Assembly (NCBI RefSeq): GCF_001194135.2
Contig: NC_068989.1
Location: 50,267,499 to 50,315,257, forward strand
Length of the DNA stretch: 47,759 nucleotides
Direction of reading: 5' to 3'
Source: Octopus bimaculoides
Lineage: Eukaryota
Both the position numbers and the translations under genes were made by a program. Shown here in pieces: positions 10,491 to 23,433 of this stretch. Positions within the stretch are counted from its first letter, which is position 1; every line of letters starts with the position of its first letter. The notes below the pieces were generated by a model. The model saw only the letters and a list, made by a program, of their open reading frames with translations, searched no databases and was not told the origin of the DNA.

Positions 10491-12669
10491 AAGAGCGATA
10501 ATGTGTGAAAAAACGATAAAGTACCAGTGCACGCTAATGAGAGAATTAACGAATTAAGTACTGAATTATTAAAACATAAAACATAGAATAAATGTTAAAA
10601 TGATAATTATCCTAACAACAAAAATATTAATAACAATAATAAAATAATAATAACCACAACAATAAGATAAATAACCGTTATAATAATAACCAGTAACAGG
10701 CAAGGTGTGTACTCGATTCAATGAAAATAGAAGAAATGTAACAAGTATAAAATATTTTATTGCACGCATCTAACTGAAAGTATGAATGATGCAGTGTCTA
10801 ACTAAAAGTAAATGTTGCTGTACTTTTTAATATTGTCCCAGAAGTATAAATTTATAAGGATTATGTAATACAATCGTAACCAGGATTTTTCTGGCCGTTT
10901 GTTTATTTTTAACCAATTCTGGAAATGTACATTGAAATGATCACTCCTGTGACATTTGAATTCACAATCATGCGACAATTTGTCTTGGCACTCTCCTGAT
11001 TCTTTTGGGGGATTAAACTAAAATATATTTAGAAACATAATAAATAGCTTGTAGCTCGTTATCAAGTAGTCCACTGATTCTTGTAGAAACTGAATACAAA
11101 ATGAACAGAAATATATTAAAAAACTATGCGTTACTTTCTCAATCACATTACTTCTCCGCTATTTTTTGTCATTCTAAATAATTACAGAAAGATGAATGAA
11201 AGTCAATCACAGTGAAATTCATGGTTCATACAAATGAACTAAAACTGAAACATGTTTCGTGTCATGGGAGGTTATAATCAAGTATAATGAACCTCATATT
11301 GTCTGGTACAAAACTTTTACGGCAGCAGAAATATGAAACTCATTCTTGACCTACATGTGATTTCAGCCGCATGATATAAAAAGGCGTAAATAAATGCTAC
11401 ATATCATTTTGTCCTGCGAGCAGCTGTTTTTATTTTTAAAAAGCGTGACGGATATTTTTTGCAAAAACAAATACCTAAATAAATAAACACTACCAAAACT
11501 TTTACCAGAATTCATATAATCTTGCGATAACAACATATACCTCTGAACGCTTTGAGGAGTAAAATCTTTCCCGAAATATTATGCAGCATTAAGCAACTTG
11601 TGTAAGGACATTCAACAAATTTTTGTCTTCATTCATTGACACCATCTTGCATATATGCTCTAACATCTTACCGGCATTACTTACGTTGAGAATTATAAAT
11701 AATTTTATTAGTTTTATTAGGTTATGTGTGCTGAATGCAGCAATGAAATATTTAATCATGTTTGCTTACATCCAGAAAGACTTGCTTGTTAATGTTAGCT
11801 TCAATGTAGCCTATTTCACGCTATTATAGTTCATACTTAATAGACTTGACTGTTAAGCATTAAGAAAAGATATAACTTACTACATCCTGTTATCCCTATT
11901 TACAACAAATATTGTTTACAATTAAAGAATATGAATACCATCATATCAAAGACAGAAAAAATATGAACCACCACTTATTATGCTAATAGCTTCTGCCTGT
12001 TCTGTAAATTGCACGATAGAGAACTCATTCAGTGAATTGTAGTGTTCAAAATTTGATATGAGACTAAGCAAATGTTTGTTATAAACATTCCCCTATTCTT
12101 TGTTAATAGTTTCATCTTACTATGGAATTTGTTTTGTTTTCGCTTTGTATGTTTACATATCAAATAGTACTAAAATTGTGACAATCTACAATAGTTTTGA
12201 TTGCATGATACCTGCAAATTAAGAGCTGTTTCACTTGCTATTTAGAAGCACGTTTGGCCGGAAAGTGAAAACAAATTGCAAGTTTCTTTTCCGTTTCTGA
12301 TTATTTATGTTATTCTTGGCTTGTGCTGAGGCGCCATGTTGCAAGCATATGTAAACACAATAACCTAAAGAAAATAAAACAGACACAAGAAATCTTAGCA
12401 TGAAACCTGTTAGCGGTAAAAAAATAATATAAAGTGTTTTATAGAGATGAATATAAACGCCAAGTTATTATCACATATCAAATTTGATAAATGATTAATA
12501 TATATTTTTAGTTTGGGAGAGAATGTTCCTACATACTGCACAATAGTTTTGAGGAAAACTCTCGGCTACAAAACATGAAAAGTGTGGTGTGTAGTTTTGA
12601 AGAGAGGCAGAATTAAATGTATGGACAAGTTAGAGATACCTTCGGGGGAGGTTATGAATCAGAGAGAAA

Positions 12670-13272
12670 AGAGGGCTATAAGATTGAAGCTATCAACACC
12701 TTGATGGTTTCACCGCGTAGATATGGAGCAGGGGTAATCGCATGGACAACAGACGAACTAAACAGCTTAGACAGAAAGACAAGGAAATTGCTGAGTAGTT
12801 ATGGGATACTCTGCCCAAAAGGTAACACAGACAGACTGTATGTACAAAGAAAAAGAGGGGGAAGAGGATTGATTGGATGAGAACACAGCATTAGAGCATA
12901 AGAAAATAACATAACCTGGTATGCAAAATATGCCACAGAACCGCTATTATTAGACGTAAGCCTCCCCACCAGAAATTACCAAAAACATATAATGAAAAGA
13001 AACATAACAAGTAACTGCAGAATATGTGGTGATGGACAAGAAACAATAAATCATATTATCTCTGGCTGCCCAGTCCTGGCTAAGAAGGAATATATTCACA
13101 GACACGACAGAGCTGGGACCTACATACACTGGAAGTCATACCAACACTATGGAATAACAACAGAAAAGGTCACAGTAACCATGAGAGCATCACAGCAAAC
13201 CACAGCACATACCCAAGGCACACAGAGCTGTGCTCGGTAGTGAAGTGAAAGCACGTTATAAAAATAAAACTA

Positions 13273-13277
<5 letters not shown>
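12670..13277 (+). mobile_element. R4/Dong-like LINE, 5'-truncated and internally deleted (3'-end family A)
   Basis: KIEAINT...LDRKTRKLL...TDRLYVQRKRGGRGL and zinc knuckle CRICGDGQETINHIISGCPVLAKKEYIHRHD; ends AAAACTACTGAA followed by (TAA)n. Confidence 0.88.
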
Positions 13278-13345
<68 letters not shown>

Positions 13346-13840
13346 GTATGAGCACCAATCGCATGGAGTGGTAGAGTCGGAGACTCGCAAAATCCTCTGA
13401 GATTTCCCAATCCAAACTGATCAGGTGCTAGAGTATTACAGACCGGACCGTTGGTGGTTGACAATGTACACCGCATGTGTTATGTAGTTGATGTTGCATG
13501 CCCCTTTGACCCACGAATAATCAACAAGGAAGACGAAAAAATAGATAACTACGACCCTCTTAAGTACGAAATAGTCCGGCTATGGAAAATTAATAAGGTG
13601 AAGATAGTGGAAATTATTGTTGTGTCCTTGGGAATAATAGCATTAGAAGGTATTAAGAGGAATATAAAGGAAATTGGAATAGAGTGACTAGTAGAACTGT
13701 TACAAAATATTGCCTCCTTGGCACGGCCCGAGTAATTAGGAAAGCTGAAACGAACGAATAGCATGGTACTGTAGGCTGCAGGTAGCAAGCCGGATACGCA
13801 TGCAAGATTCTAGGGTCTCCAACAAAACCTGTGATAAAGA

Positions 13841-13841
<1 letters not shown>
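13346..13841 (+). mobile_element. R4/Dong-like LINE 3' fragment with RLE domain (family B)
   Basis: RPD..VVVDNVHRMCYVVDVACPFD...EDEKIDNYDPLKYEIVRLW (PD-(D/E)xK restriction-like endonuclease); 3' UTR ends AAAGAG then (TAA)n; flanked by (TAA)n on both sides. Confidence 0.9.
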
Positions 13842-13894
<53 letters not shown>

Positions 13895-13895
<1 letters not shown>

Positions 13896-13972
13896 CAGAA
13901 CACATACCCAAGGCACACAGAGCTGCGCTCGGTAGTGAAGTGAAAGCACGTTATAAAAATAAAACTACTGAA
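13895..13972 (+). mobile_element. Very short 3' end of R4/Dong-like family A
   Basis: Near-identical to ~13200-13277 (CACATACCCAAGGCACACAGAGCTG...AAAACTACTGAA); between two (TAA)n tracts. Confidence 0.88.
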
Positions 13973-13989
13973 GAATAATAATAATAATA

Positions 13990-16900
13990 GTGTGCGCAAA
14001 AACAGATATAAGTGGACGAAAGAAGAGTAAAATGCGCTTATTGAATATCATGAAAGAGCAAAGCTGGAAAGAAGTCGCGGATTAGTCGGACGTACCTTGA
14101 AATTTTGGATGGAAAAAGACATGTGTTCAATGTCAGAAAATAAACTAATGAACCAAGTGAGAGTGATTAGAAGAAAGAGTTATTTAACTGGAGTAGAAAT
14201 ATCTCGGATTTGTGAGAGTTTGAGAGCCCCTGCGTTTGGGTTAGAAAGGACGGTCAGAGTTGAAAACAGAGAGGTAGGATTTGAAAGCAGGGAGAAGAGT
14301 AGACAAGAGAAACAGGGAAATGGTGAAGGGGCTGTTAAGGATAAGGAACAGGAACGTTATACAGTGAACCCTGATACTCTGGTGGGTGGACATGCAGTGG
14401 AAATGAATCAACTAGATAATGAATTGCTTGAAATATAAAGACGATTCACTGACTTGATGAGAAAAAATCCAGCAGAAAAAATCCCCGTAAATATGAGAAG
14501 GGTAGATAAGAGTATGATAAATAAAGTAACACAAAAGATAAATACTGTCATACTATACATCCAGACGCAGGACATATCACAAACAAGGAATATTCTCCGA
14601 GCTATTGCGTTACCTGCTGAGGGGAAATTACAGCTTAAGAGAACAGAAAATGTTTGGGCAAAGGAACCATGGTGGAAACGACGCATTGAAAGGGACATAA
14701 TGCGGGGAAGGCAAAATCTAGGAAAAATTAAGCAATGGTGAAGAGGAAACTGGTAAAATGGGGAAAAAGACCGACCGAGAAAAATCAGTGATTAAATAAT
14801 AAATATGGAAGAACGGGCTTGATGCAGTAATAGAGCAGTTAAAACAGAGGATCATGGCAAAAAGCCATAAGAACTGAATATTTGTGAACAGGAATAAGCA
14901 GTTCGAGGAGAACAGATTGTTAAAAAATAACCCGAAGCAATTCTTCCGAATGTTAGAAGGAGGCAACGGGGGAAAATGTTGTTTCTGATGCAAATTACGC
15001 CAAGGAGTTCTGGAGCAGATTATGGGGAAACAATGTGGTGCATAAAAGAGATGCAATGTGGATAGGAACTATCAAGGCAGAATAACAAGGAGGAAAGAAA
15101 TATTGTCATAAGCACGAGTGATGTGAAAGTGGGTAAAGTGCCTAACTGGAACCCCCCCCCCCGACCACATGGAATTCATGGCTTCTGGCTGAAGAGATAT
15201 TAGGCAATGTGTGAAAGACTAGCAGCCCAATTGAATGAGTTAATCCAGAAAAGTACAGTCCCCGCGTGAATGGTGACTGGGAGGAAAACACTTGTAATAA
15301 AAAATCGAAGTGGTATATTGTGGGAAATTACCGTCCCATAGCATGCCTAAACATAATCTGGAAGATATTCCCTGGAATATGGGCGGCAAAGACATACTTT
15401 CCTGGCGCAGGAAGAAATACGACCAAAGGAACAAAAAGAGCGTTGGAAGTGTTCTCAGGGTACCAAGGATCACCAGGTCGTCGATAAAAGAGTTTTAAGG
15501 CATTGTAAACAACATCATCCACCATGTATATGGCATCGATTGACTTTCAGAAGGCATATAATTTGAGGCCTTATTCTTGGATCGTTGAATGCCTACGAAT
15601 GTTTGGTATTACTGACAGCATTACACATTTTCTGATGCATAGAGTGAAAGAGTGGAGAACCAAATTGTACTCAAGTAACGCATTCCTTGGAGAAGTTAAT
15701 ATGAAAAGGGGCATCTTCCAAAGTGACTCGTTCTCCCCGTTACTTATTGTAATTTCACTAATACCCATAGCAATGACATTTAGGAAAGTTGAGATGGGTT
15801 ATCGAAGTGGGAAGAAAGGCCCTTTATTGAACCATCTTCTGTTTAGTGATGACCTGAAATTGTTTGGGAAATCTGAAAAACAGATAGATTCCTTAACCAA
15901 AACAGTCCAGAAGTGTAGTAGGGGCATCGGTATGGAATTTGGGCTAACAAAATGCTCAGTACTTAATATGAAAAAAAGGAAGAAAGTAGAGGATTGCAGT
16001 TATGATCAAGAGAGACCATGGGTGAACCCGACGGTAGTGGGTATAAAATTTAGGGATTTTGGAGCTAGATGACATTCTACTCAGAGAAATAAAAGTCACG
16101 GTTAGTGAGACGTACTAAAAAAGGGTGAAGATCGTGTTAAGATCCAACCTGAATGCCAAAAATTTGATTACCGTAATGAATATCTGGGCAGTTGCGGTGG
16201 TCAGATATAGTGTGTCCATCCGCAATTGGACTAATGAGGAAATATCAACACTGGATACAGGGACGAGAAAGTTGATGACGCTGCATGGAGCGCTACACCC
16301 TGTAGCAAACATAAACAGACAGTATCTGAAAAGAAAGAATGGTGGCAGAGGGCTAATTAGTATAGACGATTGTATAAGTAGTGAAAGGAGAACGCTTGCC
16401 GAGTATTTGATAAATGGTGATGAAGACCTGCTGCAATATGCCGTGAAGGATATGGGTGTAAATGCAGATGAAAAAATGATGGGAAAGGAAGAGTTTAACC
16501 AAAGAGATGTGGAGAAGAGAAAAAAACGTCTTGACATGTGAATGCATGGACAGTTTGAAAGGAATATACAAGACGTTAATGATTATACAGCATCGTGAGC
16601 ATGACTTGAGCGAAGTGATTTGAAGCGTACTACGGATCATTACTGCACAAGACCAGGCTCTCACTACCAAATTCAGTGAAGTATAACATCAAAAAAATTT
16701 CTGACACCCAGAATTGCAGACTCTGTGGAAAGAATATGGAAAATATGACCCACTGGGTAAATGGATGTGAGAGCCTTGCACAAACAGAATACAAGCGCCA
16801 CCACGGTAAAGTGTGTGTGTGTCTTCATTGGTTCTTATGCCGTAAATACCAATATGAAGTAACAGAGAACTGGTATGAGCATGTACCAAGTAAAGTTATG

Positions 16901-17355
16901 CAGGAAGATGGAAAAGTAACGATACTCTGGGACTATGATTTTCAGACGGATCATGTAATCGAACACCGTCGGCCGGATATTGTCATATTGAATAAGGGAG
17001 ACAATTACTGACAGATCATTGATGTAGCCATACTAAATGACATGAATGATGTGAGTAGAGAGGTTGAAGTACTCCGAATTGAAAGTGGAAATGGCAAGGC
17101 TGTATGGGATGCAAGAGGGTAATATAAAAGTGATACCAGTTGTGATCGGAGCGTTCGGCTCAATCCCATTGAAACGGCAGAAATACTTAAGGCAACTGGA
17201 AATCCCATGCGAAATTGATGCCTTGCAAAAAGCAGCCTCATTGGGCACAGCGTACATCTTAAGGAAAGTATTATCTTTCTGAGGTACTTGTGGTGACTTG
17301 ACAGATGACTATAGACTCCGGTACATTTTTACCTACACTGTGTTACGAAGGAATC
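13990..17355 (+). mobile_element. Near full-length degenerate R4/Dong-like LINE (family C; RT + CCHC + RLE)
   Basis: N-terminal YKWTKEE...ENKLMNQVRVIRRK; EPWWKRRIE; NYRPIACL; SIDFQKAY; KRGIFQSDSFSPLL; HLLFSDDLKLFG; CRLCG..ENMTHWVNGCESLAQTEYKRHH; RRPDIVIL; LQKAASLGTAYILRKVLS. Multiple stops and frameshifts. Confidence 0.95.
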
Positions 17356-17374
17356 ATAATAATAGTAATAATGA

Positions 17375-17614
<240 letters not shown>

Positions 17615-17684
17615 AATTGAAAGTTTCAAAAAAGGTTTAAAACAGAAAATACTACAACGACGTTTTAACAGAATATTGGTTTTA

Positions 17685-17884
17685 AATTTTGGCCAGTAAT
17701 TTCGGGGGAAGGAATGAGTTGATTACACCAACCCCAGTGCACAACTCGTACTTATTTTATTGACCCGAAAGGGATGAAGGCAAAGTCAACCTCGTCAGAA
17801 TTTGAACTCAGATCATAAAGACGGGTGAAATGCTGCAGAGCATTTTTGCCTTGTGTGCTAACAATTCTGCCAGCTCACCACCTT
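17685..17884 (-). mobile_element. tRNA-derived SINE family 1
   Basis: Ends TTCTGCCAGCTCACCACCTT; B-box complement GAATTTGAACTC present. Confidence 0.88.
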
Positions 17885-18299
17885 AAGATTTAACGAAATA
17901 TTAAACCTCGGTATCTACCCTCCTTTCTATGAAATATATCATTGCTACTCATAAATTACACCCACAGAAAAATGTCTAATTTACTGTTTATTGAGATTTC
18001 TGCTTGAAACTTGGAACCGTCCGTATAAAACAAAACAATACGAAATACAAAGATACAACAATAATAGACTCAATAAGAATAAGCGCAAAGTATAATTTAA
18101 ACACACCGAAGAAAATTTTAGATGAGGAGAAAATAATATAAAAAAGCAGGACGTCATAAAGTGAACGACAACTGAGAATAAAATTACAAAGAGAATATGA
18201 GAAAATCTGTAGAATGGTCAGCATTGTGTGAGAAAGGACAGTTACGAATTTAGAGGATATTTGCCATCAATTGATGAGAACTAAAATTAGAATAGAAGC

Positions 18300-19690
18300 T
18301 TTGATTTTATATGTACATGATAAATATCTAGACAGAAAAATCTATCAAAGTAATAAAAGGTGGTTTCAACGTCAATTGCAGATTATATAATCAACATAAA
18401 TATTTGATCATATCTTTTTTCAGCAGCCCAGTGTAGTCAATGAAAGAATATATCCATAGATATGACCAGATAGGTAGTTATATTTATTGGGCAGTATAAG
18501 GTCACATCCACATGAAACCCAAGAATAAGTGCTATAAGCACGCAACAAATCCGTTAAATATCATTATTATGGCCACAATTATTTGGAACATTTTGTTTAG
18601 ACAGACAAGGAGATGAAAGCAAAATACCTAAATATGATATTGAATGATAAAGGAAAACTTACGTTCTTTACTAAACAAAACATATCCTAACAGAAGGTTG
18701 AAAAGCTATCAAAAGTAGGTGGACATCCGTTGGAAATAAATAAGATGGAGTGGAAGCAATAAAAAGACGTTAACAACGAACAAAAAAAAAATAGCATAGG
18801 TATCGTGACTTTATATACAATTCATGAAATAGGATTACTAACCATACGTACTTCACAAAACACTTTCAGTACTATAACGCAATGTATACTACATTATGCA
18901 TAGTATTCCCCAGATAAGATGAAAAGATGTTACCGCAAACAATACAATAAACTACAAGAGAAACGAGAAAGACATTATATGGACGAATCACAAGAGAAAT
19001 AGGGTAAGTTGTAAATGAAGACCGTTGGTTGTGGTTGCGAGATGCATATCTAAACACTGAAACGGAATTTCTAGTAATAGTGGCTCTGCAAAAAATAAGA
19101 ACAAATAAATTGGATAAAGGTAAAAACTGATAAACCTCAGGTAACAAACGCAGAATCTGTAGAAAAGTAATGGAAAGTGCTGGCAGTTTCTTAAATACAG
19201 TAAGGTAGAGCAAATGCATGAATGGCTCTGTCGGTAAAATACTGCATTCGAAGTTTTATCAAATCCACAGATTTCAAATAAAATAAAAGTTGCATGAAAA
19301 GAGTCAGAATTTATGGGATTTTCCATAGAGAATGGTAATATATAGGATAAAATAAATGAGATATCAACCTGGTAGACAGAAAAGAATACAGATTGCAAGA
19401 ATATCGATATTGCGATTCTGTATGAGAATCAAAAACTTATGAAGGAAGCCAAAAAACTTGAGAGATATCAGGGTCCAGGGAAATGGACTGAATAATTATT
19501 AAACAAACATCGAAAATTGTTCATGTAGTAATATTTGTAATCATAATAATGCCCTAACTATTAGAGTGAAAGGTACTGAAATTGTAACACATAATGTGGA
19601 CTTACATAAAAATATCATCATATATACGGAAAGGCTAGTAAGAAATATTCGTGAGGTTTGAAGACATTTGTCACACAACATCAAAAAACT
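18300..19690 (+). mobile_element. Old degenerate R4/Dong-like LINE 3' half
   Basis: Remnants in the expected order: KNK...IIW, WLWLRDAYLNTETEFL, K.RICRK..ES, IDIAI..ENQKLMKEAKKLERY. Confidence 0.65.
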
Positions 19691-19869
19691 ACTGCAATGA
19701 TTAAAGTCGCTTATAACGACTTCTACACCACAGCAACGACAACATTAATAATGATAACAGCTATACAATACATTCACACATCAAAACAGTTCAACCAGGG
19801 TAAGTATTGGGTGGGGTGTGATCAAATAGAAACAGTAACGAGAATAAAGAAAATAACATCGATAAATCA

Positions 19870-20490
19870 ATGAACAAGGATCAACGTCAACACCTCTCAA
19901 ACTAGAATCCTGTAAACAGCTTTATGAAAGAATAAACAAATATAATAAGAAATTGCAAGAAATTCTATTCAAGGTTGCAAACTGACAGGAATATGGACAG
20001 TCTCAATAATCCGATCTATTTAACAGCTGTGGTAGTATCGAGGGAATCCAGCTTGATTCTAAGAAGGATAAACTCTCAAAATGAAAGAACAGATAATCGA
20101 TAACATTGAGAAAAAAAAAAGGATATACTTATCCTTACTTGATAAAGAGGGATCCAGCATAAACGAACGAAAAAAGGCTCTAAATAAAAAGAAATTACAA
20201 GCTAAGATCAATAAAAAAGAAGACAACGTAGAATAAAAATAAATAGCAGTAACATGCAGAATATGACTTTGGAAAATGTCGTCGTTTATTTGAAGAGAAT
20301 AAAATATTTCAATCAAATATCAAAAGATTCTGCAGAGACATAAAAGACGCATATAGTCAACAGACATACCAGAGCCAGAGAAAAATTGTACATACTGGGA
20401 AGGAGTATATGGTAAAAAGAATCAGCAAAATAGATCAGGTAGGAAGAGAAAACAATAACAAAATAGCACCGCAAGCCTGTTTCAACATAA
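19870..20490 (+). mobile_element. Degenerate R4/Dong-like LINE, pre-RT region
   Basis: Lys/Arg-rich remnant resembling 14700-15100 and 45700-46150; probably contiguous with 21440-22680 before interruption. Confidence 0.5.
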
Positions 20491-20754
20491 CTTGCCAGAA
20501 ACTCACTTAAAAATTCGGATCCTTTTTAAAACGGGGGCCACATTTTTCATTAACGAAACACTTTGAAACTTGGAACACTGGTAGAATGTGTCATATAAAA
20601 CATTTTTTTCTCTTAGTCTTCTTTAAAAAAAAAGAAATTCATAAGTTATTCCATGTTAAAGTTATCGTATTTCTGTAATTTCAACCAATCACTGACATCC
20701 ATTTAGCCGATATACATTAAGTGCCGACTACATAAACAAACGATTCTGAAACAA

Positions 20755-20824
20755 TTAACCCTAACCCTAACCCTAACCCTAACCCTAACCCTAACCCTAA
20801 CCGTAGGGTTAGGGTTAGGGTTAA
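20755..20824. repeat. Interstitial telomeric repeats in inverted arrangement: (TAACCC)7 TAACC G (TAGGGT)3
   Basis: Directly visible; 20780-20799 pairs perfectly with 20804-20823 around a 4-nt loop ACCG. Confidence 0.95.
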
Positions 20825-21401
20825 AGCAAATTTAAAATGAAAAAAACAAATAAAACGAAGGTATGGAGATTAAATACGCTTNNNNNNNNNNNNNNNNNNN
20901 NNNNNNNNNNNNNNNNNNNNNNNNNNNNNNNNNNNNNNNNNNNNNNNNNNNNNNNNNNNNNNNNNNNNNNNNNNNNNNNNNNNNNNNNNNNNNNNNNNNN
21001 NNNNNNNNNNNNNNNNNNNNNNNNNNNNNNNNNNNNNNNNNNNNNNNNNNNNNNNNNNNNNNNNNNNNNNNNNNNNNNNNNNNNNNNNNNNNNNNNNNNN
21101 NNNNNNNNNNNNNNNNNNNNNNNNNNNNNNNNNNNNNNNNNNNNNNNNNNNNNNNNNNNNNNNNNNNNNNNNNNNNNNNNNNNNNNNNNNNNNNNNNNNN
21201 NNNNNNNNNNNNNNNNNNNNNNNNNNNNNNNNNNNNNNNNNNNNNNNNNNNNNNNNNNNNNNNNNNNNNNNNNNNNNNNNNNNNNNNNNNNNNNNNNNNN
21301 NNNNNNNNNNNNNNNNNNNNNNNNNNNNNNNNNNNNNNNNNNNNNNNNNNNNNNNNNNNNNNNNNNNNNNNNNNNNNNNNNNNNNNNNNNNNNNNNNNNN
21401 N

Positions 21402-21438
<37 letters not shown>

Positions 21439-21439
21439 T

Positions 21440-22680
21440 ACATCTCCACAATCCTACAAACTGGACCAACACCTACCGAACAATAACATATTACTTGAAA
21501 TAGAGAGACAAGCGGAAGGTAATGTATGGTTGCAGACATCAACCACTGGTGAAAGGAGCAGCTATTCTTTCCAAGGCAACAAAAGGTAGTAAACAGAAGA
21601 CAGCCAAAATATTGCTAACAGAAAGTGGCAAGTAAAATTCGGACTAGATTGACTACTGAATGACATTTGAGATTATTCCAACTACTAAGTATAAGAAAGA
21701 CTCTACATAATTCAAGAAACTCTAACACAAAGATAAAGCATCAGTCCTGAGATAACAATAAATATCAATGTCTTTTCGAAGCAAAGAAGGGGTATAAAAC
21801 AGCCCTGTTGTCACTAGAAGAGGACACTTACAAGGGGATTCTTCTTCCCCCTCATTTTTTCTCTAACACTGACTCTTCTACAAAACTGTTCACCAAACTA
21901 ACTGTGGAGTGAAATACTATGAACTAACTAAAAACTTTCTATAGAATGATTGTATGAAATAATACATGGATGGAAAGGCTGCTAAAATTTGTTTAAATTC
22001 AATCAAAACATGAAAGTGTTTGGTATTATTCACAATTGCCAAAACCATTAAAAGAAAAGCAAATTAACTGAAGTGAAAATATTAAATAAGACATGAATGT
22101 GGAAATCAGAGAATTAGGTCCAACCCAACCGTACAAATATTTTGGAGGAGTAGAAACTGATAAGGTACAACACACAAATAATGAAGACAATAAATATTTA
22201 TATAGCAGAAGTGTCAGGCTAATATTAAAAACGAAACTTACGTTAGAAATAAGATAGTAAGTATAACTACGCTTGACATTTCATTTATAAATTACAGCAG
22301 CAACATTAGGTGGAAGTTGAGCGAATTAAAATATTTAGATGAAAAATCAGGGAACTACCGACACTAGTCTAACGTCACTATGCCGAAGTTAATATCAATA
22401 CCGCATACTTATCCGCTCGCAAGGCGAACGTGGCATGTTATATAGGTAAAATTTACAAAATGAATACTTAGAAACAAAGAAAGGTTACAACGGAAGCGAA
22501 GAAAAAAATTGTTTCTTTATATAATGAATGGCAAATTACAAAAAGAAAGCCAAAACTGGAATAACAAATGTAGATAAGTGGCAAGCAAAATATACTGAGG
22601 AAAATATATAGAGAAAACTAAATCGTAGCCTATATTCCATGAAACTGGAGGTGGTGAGTGAAATAAACCCGAGAGAAAAC
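21440..22680 (+). mobile_element. Degenerate R4/Dong-like RT region
   Basis: HLPNNNILLE, RRGHLQGDSSSP, QPYKYF and later linker remnants. Confidence 0.65.
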
Positions 22681-22729
22681 CGATTCTAATTCAAACGCCG
22701 TGAGTTAAAAGCAGAACGAGACAGTCTGA

Positions 22730-22885
22730 CAATATTTACGTTATTTACATTCGACGGAGATTTGTTTTCATCTTGTTTGTTGTTAAGACAACGTTTCGGC
22801 TGATATACCCTCCAGCCTTCATCAGGTGTCTTGGGGAAATTTTGAACCTGACTTCTCATTCCTAAGTTAATTTTCGATGTTGTTG

Positions 22886-22925
<40 letters not shown>

Positions 22926-22960
22926 CATCATTCAGGTCACTGCCTGGAATCGAACTCGGA
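22730..22960 (-). mobile_element. SINE family 2 (hammerhead-tailed), 5'-truncated just upstream of B box
   Basis: B box GAGTTCGATTCC (complement at 22946-22957), then CAGGCAGTGACCTGAA, (AAT)n and a tail homologous to 8220-8372. Confidence 0.88.
22787..22830 (-). ncRNA. Minimal type I hammerhead ribozyme motif, intact core and stem II
   Basis: Reverse complement reads GACAC-CUGAUGA-A-GGCUG(GAGGGUAUAU)CAGCC-GAAA-CG-UU-GUC; stem I has a mismatch. Confidence 0.78.
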
Positions 22961-23110
22961 ATAATAACATCGAAAATACCTTAAGAATGAGAACCCAGGT
23001 TCACAATTTCCTCAATATACCTGAGAAAGGCTGGAGAATATATCAGCCGAAACGTTGTGTTAACAATAAACAAGATGAGGACAAATATCCGTCAAATTTA
23101 AGTAATGTAT
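22961..23110 (+). mobile_element. SINE family 2 tail only, inverted relative to the adjacent copy, with mutated hammerhead (23017-23060)
   Basis: AUAC-CUGAGAA-A-GGCUG(GAGAAUAUAU)CAGCC-GAAA-CG-UU-GUGU; abuts the minus copy at 22960/22961. Confidence 0.85.
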
Positions 23111-23217
23111 ATAATTTTTCATCTCTTAAATATAGAACTGAGGCGGTTTGAGTTTGCTTGCTCAGCACATATGTCTACCCTAAATGAAGCTCTAGGCGTG
23201 ATCATATAAGCAAGTAT

Positions 23218-23433
23218 AAGGAGGCGAGCTGGCAGAACCGTTAGCACTCGGGCGAAATGCTTAGCGGTACTTCGTCTGTGTTTATGTTCTGAGTTCAAAT
23301 TCCACCGAGGTCGACTTTGCCTTTCATTCTTTCTCTATCGATAAATTAAATATCAGTTGCGTACTGGGGTCGATCTAATCGACTGGATCCCTCCCTCAAA
23401 ATTTCGGGCCTTGTCTCTAGAGTCGAAAAGAAT
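23218..23433 (+). mobile_element. tRNA-derived SINE family 1, full length
   Basis: Starts GGAGGCGAGCTGGCAGAACCG; B box GAGTTCAAATTCC; ends CTAGAGTCGAAAAGAAT. Confidence 0.92.

Noticed and set aside
20755-20824. Ancestral telomere-telomere fusion site
   Set aside because: Repeat polarity is CCCTAA then TTAGGG, the reverse of a fusion, and the array is very short.
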